A stretch of DNA of 64,000 nucleotides from a virus: IMG/VR virus record IMGVR_UViG_3300017963_000029, positions 1 to 64,000 of that record; one strand, given 5' to 3'. The notes beneath the pieces are model-generated. The model saw nothing but the letters and a program-made list of their open reading frames with translations, did no database searches and was not told the origin of the DNA. The translations under genes and the position numbers were made by a program. Shown in pieces: positions 9,801 through 18,191 of this stretch. Position 1 is the first letter of the stretch. The number at the start of each line of letters is the position of its first letter.

Positions 9801-10158
9801 TGGGCTTCGGCTTCGGTTTTGGTTTGGTGCGCTTTATGAATTCTTCGTCGGACTCAGGTTTCGCTGCGAGATACTTCTTCCGGCCCTCCATCGAGATCTC
9901 GTAGAAGGCATTCGGATGGACCCACGCGTGGTTGGGGCCAGCGCGGTCGAAGGCAGGATTGACGTTCTGCTTTATGGCCCGCATCTGCCAGGCGCGTTTT
10001 GTGTTTGGCCCGAACTCGTTGTCGACCTTCAACCCGTGCCCCCAGAGGTTGAGGCTTTCCTGGAGCACGGAGATCGACTTCTTGACGAGACCCGACTGCG
10101 AAGGTTGCGTCGGCTTGGGGGCTTCGAACTCCCCCAGATATTCCATCAACAGGCTCAA
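6844..10158 (-). CDS. Large membrane-anchored protein with about 8 degenerate peptidoglycan-binding (PG_binding_1-like) repeats and a poly-Pro stalk
   Basis: Repeated units of the form Q..L...G....D/TG..G..T..A (e.g. LQESLNLWGHGLKVDNEFGPNTKRAW, VQAGLNGKGVKPLLDTDGYWGSRTENAF); PKPKP linkers; C-terminal TM plus RK. Confidence 0.75.
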   Translation of the reverse strand: MSLLMEYLGEFEAPKPTQPSQSGLVKKSISVLQESLNLWGHGLKVDNEFGPNTKRAWQMRAIKQNVNPAFDRAGPNHAWVHPNAFYEISMEGRKKYLAAKPESDEEFIKRTKPKPKPKPTGSRLVPFVSKPKEAPTKAERLVNIKVEMAQKILRGLGWSAAKVAIDKKYGPKTKGAWETSAKTRKLDPLFKRVGPFIATVSHRTYLQLKAAAGMKAKRAAGMVPIAVVKIQRGFNYWVKKGKLQGTPVEITRRPDAPTIEAVKIAADRINAIPNVEKTAKADVVKIDKRVAAELDKGYQLAVEEAKPKPKPEPKPFIPAPAPPPEPKPRPGTVVKNAAELQAILYGLQWRKRTVKPTGRPDAATKAAWQKSAQRRGLNPLFVKVSSKEARVNEKAYLKMTSDARAPRPPKPKPEPKPKPATVVLKVSTVQAGLNGKGVKPLLDTDGYWGSRTENAFQERYTPPGSTVEYVVAKNRKSIRVPRAIGEELQKASVGAPKPPPRVSISVAKVKKAFAAIGKKIGPGAFFDDVTAASLNTYILKIDHGVNTGYRVSKNRKTITRLRKNIADKLEAIVAGTKPPPPKPDEPEKPEEDDIKAQARRLAELQTVEIPVLTVQQAILWTEVLKEKIAPTVKATGTWDDATKRGYFQYIIEAHKKPAAIPVLEAMVPMVVSVDRMTLLTTPRWHDAMQERAELYRQSIEKPPPPTPPEDPKKKLQKRVRALMKKMNTPVKVLHVQQALTFSGYKVAVAGKLTGKWTKSTQQGLIDALHPDSVGKGMRLVPAWKIALPRKVSKDKKTVLLTPLEAKRIKISARDYRRSLKKPDQPPPPPPPPTIPEAAKRSWSRLAESIKVMEAFGPKIMGAVKRVSNTEGLTETASDIYLKWLGAGRRVIARARNMLEENPELREVMDATATKTYPDAAELGTLMAYFEDAVSFSATALDTLDQPLSEALLTGQNWRKLALVMGNTVVAKAGAEAVARQGLSQMIRSETDDFLLFNQQLATLIANNKIGRKPEDQPIPPPPPPPPPPPPPPPPPPPIPVPIPVPIPPPPPPPPPPPPIPVPVPVPVPPPVPPPEPKKEGAGMVLPLAIGGVALGAIALLLGRK
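6938..7110 (-). repeat. Poly-proline / PIPVP coding low-complexity tract
   Basis: GGN-rich tract on the + strand that encodes PPPP...PIPVPIPVP on the - strand. Confidence 0.9.
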
Positions 10159-10583
10159 AACACCACCTTTGAAACAACCATCGGAACCTGCCCAACAACA
10201 GGTTGGCCACCCGCGTCAGATATCACCTGAGCATAGAGGTGGTCGGTCGGTAACAACACCGCCCGGTACCTGTCGTTCAACTGTCCAGGTGCGGCCGGCG
10301 GGTTGAAAGTTATCAGCACCCCCGACTCCCCCATCGATTCTGACGAGGAAAATAAAACGCGTGCTCCTACAGCACCAGCCTGCGCCGGAAGCCACACCTC
10401 GATGTAATACACCTGGTGATTCTTGGAAGGATTCTTGGCCAGCTCCTCCGAGTTAGCCGTCGGAACACGCACCACACTGCGCGTCCCATGCGCGACTCTC
10501 TTCGGGCCCACCACCGACGCCAGGTAAGCTCTGATGTTGAGATTACCTTCGCCTGGATCGTTATCTAAATCGAATGGCAACAC
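10155..10583 (-). CDS. Beta-rich minor capsid/penton-like protein
   Basis: GGAGG RBS with GTG start; alternating beta pattern ending LLPTDHLYAQ...VVSKVVF; lies in the capsid cluster. Confidence 0.5.
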   Translation of the reverse strand: MLPFDLDNDPGEGNLNIRAYLASVVGPKRVAHGTRSVVRVPTANSEELAKNPSKNHQVYYIEVWLPAQAGAVGARVLFSSSESMGESGVLITFNPPAAPGQLNDRYRAVLLPTDHLYAQVISDAGGQPVVGQVPMVVSKVVF

Positions 10584-10596
10584 GGTGCCTCCCTAG

Positions 10597-11157
10597 CTAG
10601 GGGCCGGGAGCACACGCGACGTAATCACCGATCAACTGGATACCAAACTCGCGAGCCGCGCCAACGAGCGCCGCCCAGCGGTTGGTGTCGACGGTCCACA
10701 ACGCCTCCATCGTGGTACCCGGCACGCAGATATATACCCCGTCCCACTGCACGGCGTTTCCGTCTCCACGTCGGCTCAGCAACGATTGGAGGTTCACCGG
10801 ACGCTTGAACAGGGTGAAGTTACGTCCTGCCTCCTGCAGCTGAAAACGAACGAGCGCACCTGCGGCGCCGACGAGGTCCGGATCCATCGCCCATCCGGTC
10901 ACCTGCCGGATGATGAGGTTGTACCGGCTCAGCACCTCGATGGGGTCGGTCTCGAAGACGATGTTCCCCTGCGGATCGATCTGGACCGCGAACGTGATGT
11001 CCTCGATCCGCATGTCCTCGGGCGCGATGAGGCCCGACGCGAGGTCCGAGTAATATTGGACGAGCGCGCCCGGGGGCACGCGTCCTTCTTCTTCCGCAGC
11101 CTCGGCCGGCTGTCCCGCCGGGGCCGCTGCCATTCCACCACCTGTTCTCTGTTTCAT
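10597..11157 (-). CDS. Putative second single-jelly-roll capsid protein
   Basis: Beta-strand-rich and adjacent to the MCP candidate; C-terminal YICVPGTTMEALW...FGIQLIG is typical of a jelly-roll end (inference). Confidence 0.5.
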   Translation of the reverse strand: MKQRTGGGMAAAPAGQPAEAAEEEGRVPPGALVQYYSDLASGLIAPEDMRIEDITFAVQIDPQGNIVFETDPIEVLSRYNLIIRQVTGWAMDPDLVGAAGALVRFQLQEAGRNFTLFKRPVNLQSLLSRRGDGNAVQWDGVYICVPGTTMEALWTVDTNRWAALVGAAREFGIQLIGDYVACAPGP

Positions 11158-11207
11158 ACGGGACTCTCCGAAAAGGGCCTAAAGAGGAAACGCGAAAGAG
11201 CGTTGCC

Positions 11208-11231
11208 CCGGCCTCCCTCGCGGGAGGCCGG
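11208..11231 (-). terminator. GC-rich hairpin directly downstream of the MCP candidate
   Basis: CCGGCCTCCC-tcgc-GGGAGGCCGG perfect 10-bp stem, followed on the - strand by a pyrimidine-rich stretch. Confidence 0.65.
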
Positions 11232-11254
11232 AACACCCAACCGGGGACAGCCCG

Positions 11255-11917
11255 CTACTTGGTGACCGCGGCCCTGATCAAGCCGTGGAGATCACACGTC
11301 ACGAGCACCGGCTGCTCGATCTGCGGATCCTCGTAGGTCAGACCCGCGTTGGTCAGCCACTGCCGGGCGTTGAACTCGAGCACGCCGTCCAGCTCGTGGT
11401 TCTGATTCAAGAGCTGGCGTTTGACCAACCTGGCCGCGCTGGCGGTGGCGGGCACGCCGATGGAGAAGATACCGGCGTCCGTCTCGGTGGTGGTGCCGTA
11501 CATCCCCAGGCCTGAAGGAAACCGGATACTCGGACCTTCGTCTTGCAAAATTTCGTTTATCCGGAGCCTGAAGAACGAGTTGTCGACGCACTTTTTCACG
11601 TCGCGCGGCACGGTGACCACATTGCCCGTCGCCAGCCTCCAGTAGAGACCGATGCGGTCGAGCACCATCGACTCGCCGGCGCTGAGCTTGCGCGGGGTGC
11701 GGATGTTCGTGTCACACTCGCGCTTTCCCTGGATGTCCTGGAAGAACACGTACTGCGTGCCCGCCGGGATCCCGGTGGCCGGCGGCCCCAGCGGGGTCGC
11801 GTCGATGAGCACCGTGTCGTATTTCGAACTTTCACGGAAATCTCGTATGTTGACGATCTGACCGGTGTCGCTGTCGCGAAACAGGCCGGGCTGGCCTTCG
11901 ATCGGCATCAATGGCAT
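11255..11917 (-). CDS. Putative major capsid protein (single jelly-roll type)
   Basis: Strong RBS (AGGAGAAAGACATG); YDT...YVFFQ...DTN...L.AG pattern; beta-rich 220 aa; preceded by a membrane-protein gene and followed by a hairpin. The fold is inferred, not computed. Confidence 0.6.
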   Translation of the reverse strand: MPLMPIEGQPGLFRDSDTGQIVNIRDFRESSKYDTVLIDATPLGPPATGIPAGTQYVFFQDIQGKRECDTNIRTPRKLSAGESMVLDRIGLYWRLATGNVVTVPRDVKKCVDNSFFRLRINEILQDEGPSIRFPSGLGMYGTTTETDAGIFSIGVPATASAARLVKRQLLNQNHELDGVLEFNARQWLTNAGLTYEDPQIEQPVLVTCDLHGLIRAAVTK

Positions 11918-11984
11918 GTCTTTCTCCTTTTGTACTACTTAATCTTCGTTACTGGTGTCTCGTTCGTTTGCCCGGGACCAGGTC

Positions 11985-12584
11985 CTAGGCCATGTAAGGG
12001 TTGTACTGTCCCAGCGTCTCCTGCTGCACCACGGTACCCATGAGCGCCTCGGGAGTTACCACCGGCTCCTGGAAACCCTGAAAGGCTCCGGGAGTGGCGT
12101 GAACGTCGGTCCTCTCGAGAGCCGACAGCGCGGTGGTGGCATCGCCGTACTGCATCATGGCCTCGTCGGCCCCGTCCAGCTCCAGGTCCTCGGGAAGAAC
12201 GCCGAAGGGGGTGCCCACCAACTGCGAGACGTTGCCTTCCTTGTCCTTGAAGAAGCTGTCCACGATCTGCGCGAGTCCGAGACCGGCCACGCCGCCGATG
12301 ACCGCCATGGCGGCATCGCGGTTGTAGTCCCACAGACCGCGCCCGACGAGCGCACCGCCCACCGTCATGATGGCCGCGCGGAGACGATGCACGTTGATCG
12401 CCTTTTCGGGGTCATCCTCCCACTCCTTGGGAACCGGGATCATCGGGCCGACCCAGCTGGCGAGCAGGATGGCACCGGCACCGGCGCCGGCCGCGATCAT
12501 GCTGTCGCGGATCATGCTGGGGGTGTAGAACTGGTCGAGACCGTCGTACATGTCCAGACCCATCATATCGTCGTAATTCGGCAT
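11985..12584 (-). CDS. Virion membrane protein (2-3 TM) preceding the MCP
   Basis: AGGAGAAAGACATG start; Gly/Ala-rich TM helices; MMGLD, YDGLD and FQGFQ motifs. Confidence 0.7.
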   Translation of the reverse strand: MPNYDDMMGLDMYDGLDQFYTPSMIRDSMIAAGAGAGAILLASWVGPMIPVPKEWEDDPEKAINVHRLRAAIMTVGGALVGRGLWDYNRDAAMAVIGGVAGLGLAQIVDSFFKDKEGNVSQLVGTPFGVLPEDLELDGADEAMMQYGDATTALSALERTDVHATPGAFQGFQEPVVTPEALMGTVVQQETLGQYNPYMA

Positions 12585-12675
12585 GTCTTTCTCCTGACTA
12601 TACGGCCCTTGATGACGGGCCTGGAAATCGAGTTCGCACTCAAAAATATCCCCTACAGGATACCATCGTCAACTC

Positions 12676-13383
12676 CTATGTTGGAAATACTTTCGAATCT
12701 TCCACCATCCCCCGCGGCGCTTCCCATCCAAGAGGCATGTTGACTGATCCATCTAAAGAAATCCACCGACTAGGGTTTCTACGCGGTAGTCCCACCTGCG
12801 CGTAGATGTGATTCCACTCCGGTGCGCCCTTCGTTCTGATTACTTTGAAACGGCAAGGTAACCCGATGGCCGCCGCACTCGAGCAAGCAAGAACGGCGTA
12901 ATCGTCGCAGTCACCACTACGTAAAGCGAGGGTATGACGCGGTTTTTGGTATGAATCAACGCGAGTAATATCAGATGTATACCGGACGTTATTGCGAATT
13001 GCCTTGAACAACGCCTGAAGCTCTCGTCCGTTATTTTTTTCTGGCACGCACCAGGTACCACCGCACTTCTTGTTGATGGCCCGACGGGCAAACTCGTAGA
13101 TGACCGGGTCGCGTTTTCCCTGATCCACGAGCTTCTGCAGGTGACGTATACGGTCCTCGAGGTTTTTTATTTGGTACGTTCTGAGGCGTACTCGCCCTAT
13201 GCCGGTATCCCCCACCTGCGTGGAGGTGAGAACCGACCCCATCCCTCTTTTACTCCCGCGCCGCGGTCGCCGGCGAGGACGCGGACGCGCGGGGTTCCCG
13301 TTTTTTATACGCTTTACGCCGCTGGATATCTGGTTCAATCCGAGCGCGATGCTGAACAGCCCCAGCGCGAGATTGCCGAGCAT
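12676..13383 (-). CDS. Transglutaminase-like cysteine protease (putative virion maturation protease)
   Basis: Catalytic triad motifs SGDCDD (Cys), WNHIY (His), WISLDGS (Asp); N-terminal hydrophobic anchor and Arg-rich linker. Confidence 0.85.
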   Translation of the reverse strand: MLGNLALGLFSIALGLNQISSGVKRIKNGNPARPRPRRRPRRGSKRGMGSVLTSTQVGDTGIGRVRLRTYQIKNLEDRIRHLQKLVDQGKRDPVIYEFARRAINKKCGGTWCVPEKNNGRELQALFKAIRNNVRYTSDITRVDSYQKPRHTLALRSGDCDDYAVLACSSAAAIGLPCRFKVIRTKGAPEWNHIYAQVGLPRRNPSRWISLDGSVNMPLGWEAPRGMVEDSKVFPT

Positions 13384-13425
13384 GGTGCGTTCAGATTACG
13401 CCCGGATTGCACCGGGTTCAATACC

Positions 13426-15576
13426 CTATCCCGTCGGAGGTGGCAGATTTTCTTCTTCGCCTTGTGTCAGTTCGTCGTCCTCATCGTCGTCATACTCTTC
13501 TTCACCTTCATCTTCGGGCTCCGCGGGCGGCTGCGCTCCCTGGCTTTGAGCATGCGTCACGATGTCCGCGAAATGCCGGTCGAAGACCAGTAATACACGG
13601 TCGCGCAAGCTCTTGTCGGTGAGGTTTATCTCCTCGAGCCCCGCGAAAAACGCGTCGAGGAACTCGATGGTCTGCTTCTTGTCGTTGTTCTTTATGGTGG
13701 CCAGAACCGCCCTTGCAAACTGGTCCCAGTGGTCAAGTCCTGCCAAATAAAACAGCAACTCGAACATCGCTTCCACCAGGTCGCCATCCTCTGTTGCCGC
13801 GAGCAACCCGTTGAGATGTTCCGCAATATCAGGCGGAAGCGGAGGAATACGACCGCCGGTGCGTTTTTGAACCCGCTGAACCGCCGCCTCCTGTCCCGGT
13901 GTTGCTACCGGAGCTTCCTCTGCGCCGGGCTGTTGATCCGGAATCGGCGGTGGTGCTGCCGCCACCACCGGCTTGTGCTGGTTGGGATTGCGGTCGATCT
14001 CCTGCTGCAGCGCCTCGCTCTCCTCCTGAAGTTGCCTTTCGGCGTCCACCCTGCGCCGGGCCAGATCGAGACGCCTGGTACGAAGAGCAGATGCCCGGCG
14101 CTCGAAGTCGATGACCTCTGCCTCCATCGCCGCGTCACTGCCCGGTGGCAGCTGCTGATGTTGCTGAACTTGCGGAAGCACCCTCTGCTGCGGATTGGCA
14201 GAAGTCTTAGCACGAATGACACCAGCCATCGAGCTCGCGAAGTCGCGGTTGCTGACCAACGCCGCACACGCATCCCAGAAACTGGTGGCACCCACTCCTC
14301 CCTCGCTCTGCTGCCGCAACGTCTGCACCGCGGTCATCATCACCTGCCAGTTCTCGAATGCTTTCTTGAAGTCGTCGGTACCGTGACCACTCTTTACCAG
14401 TTCGATGAGATCTCGCGGTGACATACGTTCCTCGAGAAGGTGTTGCAAAAGTTTGTTGTCCGTATCGCTTTTTTCCGGACGAAGAAGCGCCACTATCTCC
14501 GCCATACCCTTGAGATTCTGCACGGGATCCGCCGGCGCTGGCATCGGGGGCATCTTGTCGCCTCCCCCTTTTCTGTCCTCAAGGATGGTGGTCAACAGCG
14601 CGAGCATCACCGGATCAGTACCCTTGGAGGCGGCCATCATGGTGGCCATCCGATCGTCGGATTTAGCCTGCATCTCCATGAACATCTGCATGAAGGCCTG
14701 GGTCTGCTGCCCCTGCGACTGAATGATGGCGGCGAGCGTTCCCTTCCCCTCGTCGCCCTCACCTCCCGCCACCTCCTTCTGCAATTCCCATATGTCCTTG
14801 AGCGTCGAAACAGGATCCTTTTCCGGTGTGGTGCGCAACCGTGAGAGCGCCTCTTGCAGCTGCTGTTGCTGTTGCGAAACGAGGGTCTTTACCAGATCCA
14901 TGGAGTTGGTGCCCGGAGCCGTTTCCACCGCGGTGGGGTTGACCGGATCATCGATGGTGACGGTGCCCGCGTCGTACTCGCGCCCGAAGGCGTCCACCAG
15001 CGTCACCTCGTAAATACCGGGACCCTTGGACGGTTTGATGTGCTGGTAGATAAACGTCTCGACGTTCTGATTGGAAGCGAAATCGTTGATGTTGTAGATC
15101 CCGATGAGCGACTTGGCACCGTTGGCCTGGCGGAGGTGGATCTTCAAATGCTCCGCTCCGGGAACCTTCTCTCCCAGCGGTCCCAGCTTCTTCGTACTGG
15201 GTGACTGCGTGGTGCGAGACTGCCGGTCGCGCTCCTGCCGGTCGCGTGCCTGTTGCCGACTCTCGGCCGGCGGAGCCGCCTGGGCGTTACTTATTCGATT
15301 CGCGAGATCCGTGATACCCGGTGGTATATCGTCCGGGCCCGGAGGAGCATCAGGTTGCGGATCATCAGCAGGTGCCGGCTGCGCCGGGGTCGTCTCCACC
15401 GTCGGTGGATTGGGTTCCGGGTTCACCGGCGGGGTAGTAACGTCGACTGCGCCACCGGCGGTCGCCGCGGTATCCAGCCGCTCCGCATCGGAGGTCGACT
15501 TCCCCGTTTCGAGGTTCTTCGTTACATCATCAACTGCTGGATTTCCTGCGTTTTTACCAGATTTTCTGGCTGCCAT
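13426..15576 (-). CDS. Large acidic/Q-M-rich protein of unknown function (possible assembly scaffold)
   Basis: 716-aa ORF with GAGGAG RBS; disordered ends and a helical M/Q-rich middle. Confidence 0.7.
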   Translation of the reverse strand: MAARKSGKNAGNPAVDDVTKNLETGKSTSDAERLDTAATAGGAVDVTTPPVNPEPNPPTVETTPAQPAPADDPQPDAPPGPDDIPPGITDLANRISNAQAAPPAESRQQARDRQERDRQSRTTQSPSTKKLGPLGEKVPGAEHLKIHLRQANGAKSLIGIYNINDFASNQNVETFIYQHIKPSKGPGIYEVTLVDAFGREYDAGTVTIDDPVNPTAVETAPGTNSMDLVKTLVSQQQQQLQEALSRLRTTPEKDPVSTLKDIWELQKEVAGGEGDEGKGTLAAIIQSQGQQTQAFMQMFMEMQAKSDDRMATMMAASKGTDPVMLALLTTILEDRKGGGDKMPPMPAPADPVQNLKGMAEIVALLRPEKSDTDNKLLQHLLEERMSPRDLIELVKSGHGTDDFKKAFENWQVMMTAVQTLRQQSEGGVGATSFWDACAALVSNRDFASSMAGVIRAKTSANPQQRVLPQVQQHQQLPPGSDAAMEAEVIDFERRASALRTRRLDLARRRVDAERQLQEESEALQQEIDRNPNQHKPVVAAAPPPIPDQQPGAEEAPVATPGQEAAVQRVQKRTGGRIPPLPPDIAEHLNGLLAATEDGDLVEAMFELLFYLAGLDHWDQFARAVLATIKNNDKKQTIEFLDAFFAGLEEINLTDKSLRDRVLLVFDRHFADIVTHAQSQGAQPPAEPEDEGEEEYDDDEDDELTQGEEENLPPPTG

Positions 15577-15586
15577 CGTCTTCTCC

Positions 15587-16525
15587 TCACATGAGAGTGC
15601 CGCCGCTTCGATGAACGGCGCCTGCCAAATCGTGTTCGTCCAGGAAGAGGTAGTGGTTTACCAACGTCTTCACGTCCTTGTGCCCGGCTATCTTCGCCAA
15701 AACAACAGGATCCACGCCCTTCCGGTAGAGAGAGGTCAAGTAGGTGCGCCTCATGGTGTGCGGGGTGAACCGCATTCCCAGAGGTTGTCGGATCTTTTGA
15801 ACTTTTGCCCGAAGCGTCCGATCGGACAGATGGCCATCGATGCCAGGGAACAACCACTTCGTGTCCTTGTGCTTCCGGCGCCACCCCTTGAGGAATGCCA
15901 TCACCACCTCCACCCCCTCGTCGAGTAACGGAACGAGTTTCTCGTTGCCACCCTTACTCCGGACGATCACCGTAAGTGTTTGTTTTTGAACTCCTTCACT
16001 GAGTTGAAGGTCTGTCCTTCGCAGACAATTAAGCGGTAACGAAACCAGTTCCTGCGCGCGGAGCCCGGAGCACGGCAGCAGCAACACCGCAGTCCTTGAA
16101 GGCTCTTTGAGCTCGCCGCCCAACCGGAAGTACTCTTGAAAAAGCTGGGGGGAGAGGATGTCTTTTATTTTGGTATTAATCTTCGGAAGCTCAGGCGGGT
16201 AGAAGTCGGGAACCTCCATGTCCTTCATTCGGCTCCAATCAATAAACCGTTTCACCCCGGCCATTTGCTGATTAATTGTCGAAGGAAGGTAACCTGCCTG
16301 GACCATCCGCGCGCAGTAGTCCTTCACCGCCGCTCGAGGTGCCATCGCCAGGCTGTATCCGCTCTCCTTGAGCCACTGGAGGAACTTATCCGCCGAATAA
16401 ACGTATCTGTCCGCAGTCGCCGCCGAACGGATAGACGCTATATACAGCTGAAAGTCCTCCAACACCGGTTGCACATGAAACGAATGCCAGAAAAAAACGT
16501 CCGTGGCAAGAAGATTGCTCGCCAA
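15587..16525 (-). CDS. Tyrosine recombinase (XerC/D-like integrase/resolvase)
   Basis: SAM-like N-terminal domain; catalytic residues in GLRAQEL (R), SKGG (K), HTMRR (HxxR), AGH and HY (Y). Start codon uncertain (TTG). Confidence 0.92.
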   Translation of the reverse strand: MASNLLATDVFFWHSFHVQPVLEDFQLYIASIRSAATADRYVYSADKFLQWLKESGYSLAMAPRAAVKDYCARMVQAGYLPSTINQQMAGVKRFIDWSRMKDMEVPDFYPPELPKINTKIKDILSPQLFQEYFRLGGELKEPSRTAVLLLPCSGLRAQELVSLPLNCLRRTDLQLSEGVQKQTLTVIVRSKGGNEKLVPLLDEGVEVVMAFLKGWRRKHKDTKWLFPGIDGHLSDRTLRAKVQKIRQPLGMRFTPHTMRRTYLTSLYRKGVDPVVLAKIAGHKDVKTLVNHYLFLDEHDLAGAVHRSGGTLM

Positions 16526-16593
16526 CGTTTTTTATTTGGCAAGAATAGGCCGTATAACCCGGCTCCAACCGCGCCGAACCCCCCGGACACCCC

Positions 16594-16622
16594 TTGAAAA
16601 TAGTGGAAAGATCCGGTATTTT
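16594..16622 (+). promoter_or_regulatory. Sigma70-like promoter candidate
   Basis: TTGAAA-17 bp-TATTTT in the divergent intergenic region. Confidence 0.35.
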
Positions 16623-16839
16623 GCCGGAAGTGCCTATGCGGCACGGGGGCAACATGGCTAACGCGGAACACCGATACCGCGCCGTCCACCACCGAGATCA
16701 ACACCGTGACGTTTTTCTGCCGTCACCCGGTACCGCCGACGGTGCGCGACGACTCCTTCCGCCGGGCACCGTTGCCGTTTTCTTTCGCCGGGACCACCGC
16801 TTCGGGCGCGGCTACATAACGTAAAGAGCGGCTAAACTC

Positions 16840-16868
16840 TTGAATCCCGACGCGAGCAAGCGTACCGT
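16840..16868 (+). promoter_or_regulatory. Sigma70-like promoter candidate for the plus-strand structural operon
   Basis: TTGAAT-17 bp-TACCGT, followed by a CGCCTCC/GGAGGCG hairpin (16884-16901) before the RBS. Confidence 0.35.
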
Positions 16869-16932
16869 GCAGTATAAGACCATCGCCTCCCTTCGGAGGC
16901 GCTGTAACGATTAACCTTCGAGTGAGGAAGAC

Positions 16933-17799
16933 ATGCCTTCACAGCGAATGCCTCTATTCGGTGGGATGATTCTGCCGGTCCACGCACCTCTCCCCGCCGA
17001 ACCTCAGTTCCCGTTGACCATTTTCACGCCGCCGGACAAGGCTCTTCCCAAGACGCCGAGAGGCACACAGGCCTATTACCAGCTGCACCTCTGGCTGAAG
17101 CCCGGCGCCAACCTGAGCGAGGTCTACAATCTCGAGGCCTATCTGGACAGCGATCCCGCCAGCCCGGAACTCGTCTGGGGCGGCACCATCGCCCGTACCT
17201 TCGGTGCCATCCCGAACGCCGCTGCCATCAAGATCCTGGACGGCTACACGGTGCGCGGCGACGTCACCTTGCGCCTTAGAGCAGAGATCGCTTCGGCTGC
17301 CGATGCCTATCCGCTCGGGCCCCAGGTATGGGGTTACTACTACCGGGTGGGCCGCGGAACCGTCATCGAACCGGAAACCCGCTTCATCGGGCAGGACAGT
17401 CCGGACGGCATCACCGAAGGCGTTCCCATCAAAATCGAGGACGGAGAAAAAGAAGTCATTCACGTTTTCGAAGAAAATCGTATCGACGAGGTGTCGCTGG
17501 CCTTCATGCCGGAAGCAACAGACGACGGAGGCAACACCATCAGCCTTGCCTTCGAGGACGAGAACGGCGTGGACATCATCCCCAACCACCGGGTAAATCT
17601 CAACATTCCCGGATCGCTTCCCAACTTCGTTCACGACCCCATGAGCGTTTACTCGATATATCGTATCCCGCTGGGCGGCGGCATCTACCCCTCCTACTTG
17701 ATCCCGGCCAACGTGACCAACCCCCACCAGATCACCGCCGAACTGTTACCCAACGGAGCAACTCCTCTCTGGGTCCACGGTCACTTCACGCGGAGGTAA
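16933..17799 (+). CDS. Beta-rich two-domain structural protein
   Basis: GAGGAAGACATG start; two beta-sandwich-like halves ending VWGYYYR and WVHGHFTR. Confidence 0.6.
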   Translation: MPSQRMPLFGGMILPVHAPLPAEPQFPLTIFTPPDKALPKTPRGTQAYYQLHLWLKPGANLSEVYNLEAYLDSDPASPELVWGGTIARTFGAIPNAAAIKILDGYTVRGDVTLRLRAEIASAADAYPLGPQVWGYYYRVGRGTVIEPETRFIGQDSPDGITEGVPIKIEDGEKEVIHVFEENRIDEVSLAFMPEATDDGGNTISLAFEDENGVDIIPNHRVNLNIPGSLPNFVHDPMSVYSIYRIPLGGGIYPSYLIPANVTNPHQITAELLPNGATPLWVHGHFTRR

Positions 17800-17800
17800 C

Positions 17801-18178
17801 ATGACGCAGTTTTTCTTCCGAGACGAAGACGAAAAGCTGGCTCAGGGCGCCGTTCACATGGACGACCTGGACCTCATCAACAGCCCTTTCGACGGGGCGC
17901 TGGTGGCGGTGGCTATGAAAGGTGGCCGGCACGTCTGCTGGCAGTGCGGCGAGGGCTTCGACGAGTCCAACCCCAAGCTCAAGCGGGTGGAGGTGAAACA
18001 CGGCTACTCTCGCATCCTTCTTCACGCCCGGTGTGAAAAAGGCAAGCCGGGCATCTCCGTCTACTACAACAACCTCCGCGGCATGCAGGTCCGGCGTAAG
18101 ATGGCGAGTATCGCCAAGGCCTCTCAGAGCATCGCGGACAGCGCGGCCGCCACCGCCAAGAAGCTCATCACCGGTTGA
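17801..18178 (+). CDS. Zn-finger-containing small protein
   Basis: CWQC...HARC; GGAGG RBS. Confidence 0.6.
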   Translation: MTQFFFRDEDEKLAQGAVHMDDLDLINSPFDGALVAVAMKGGRHVCWQCGEGFDESNPKLKRVEVKHGYSRILLHARCEKGKPGISVYYNNLRGMQVRRKMASIAKASQSIADSAAATAKKLITG

Positions 18179-18191
18179 ACCAGGAGGGCCG

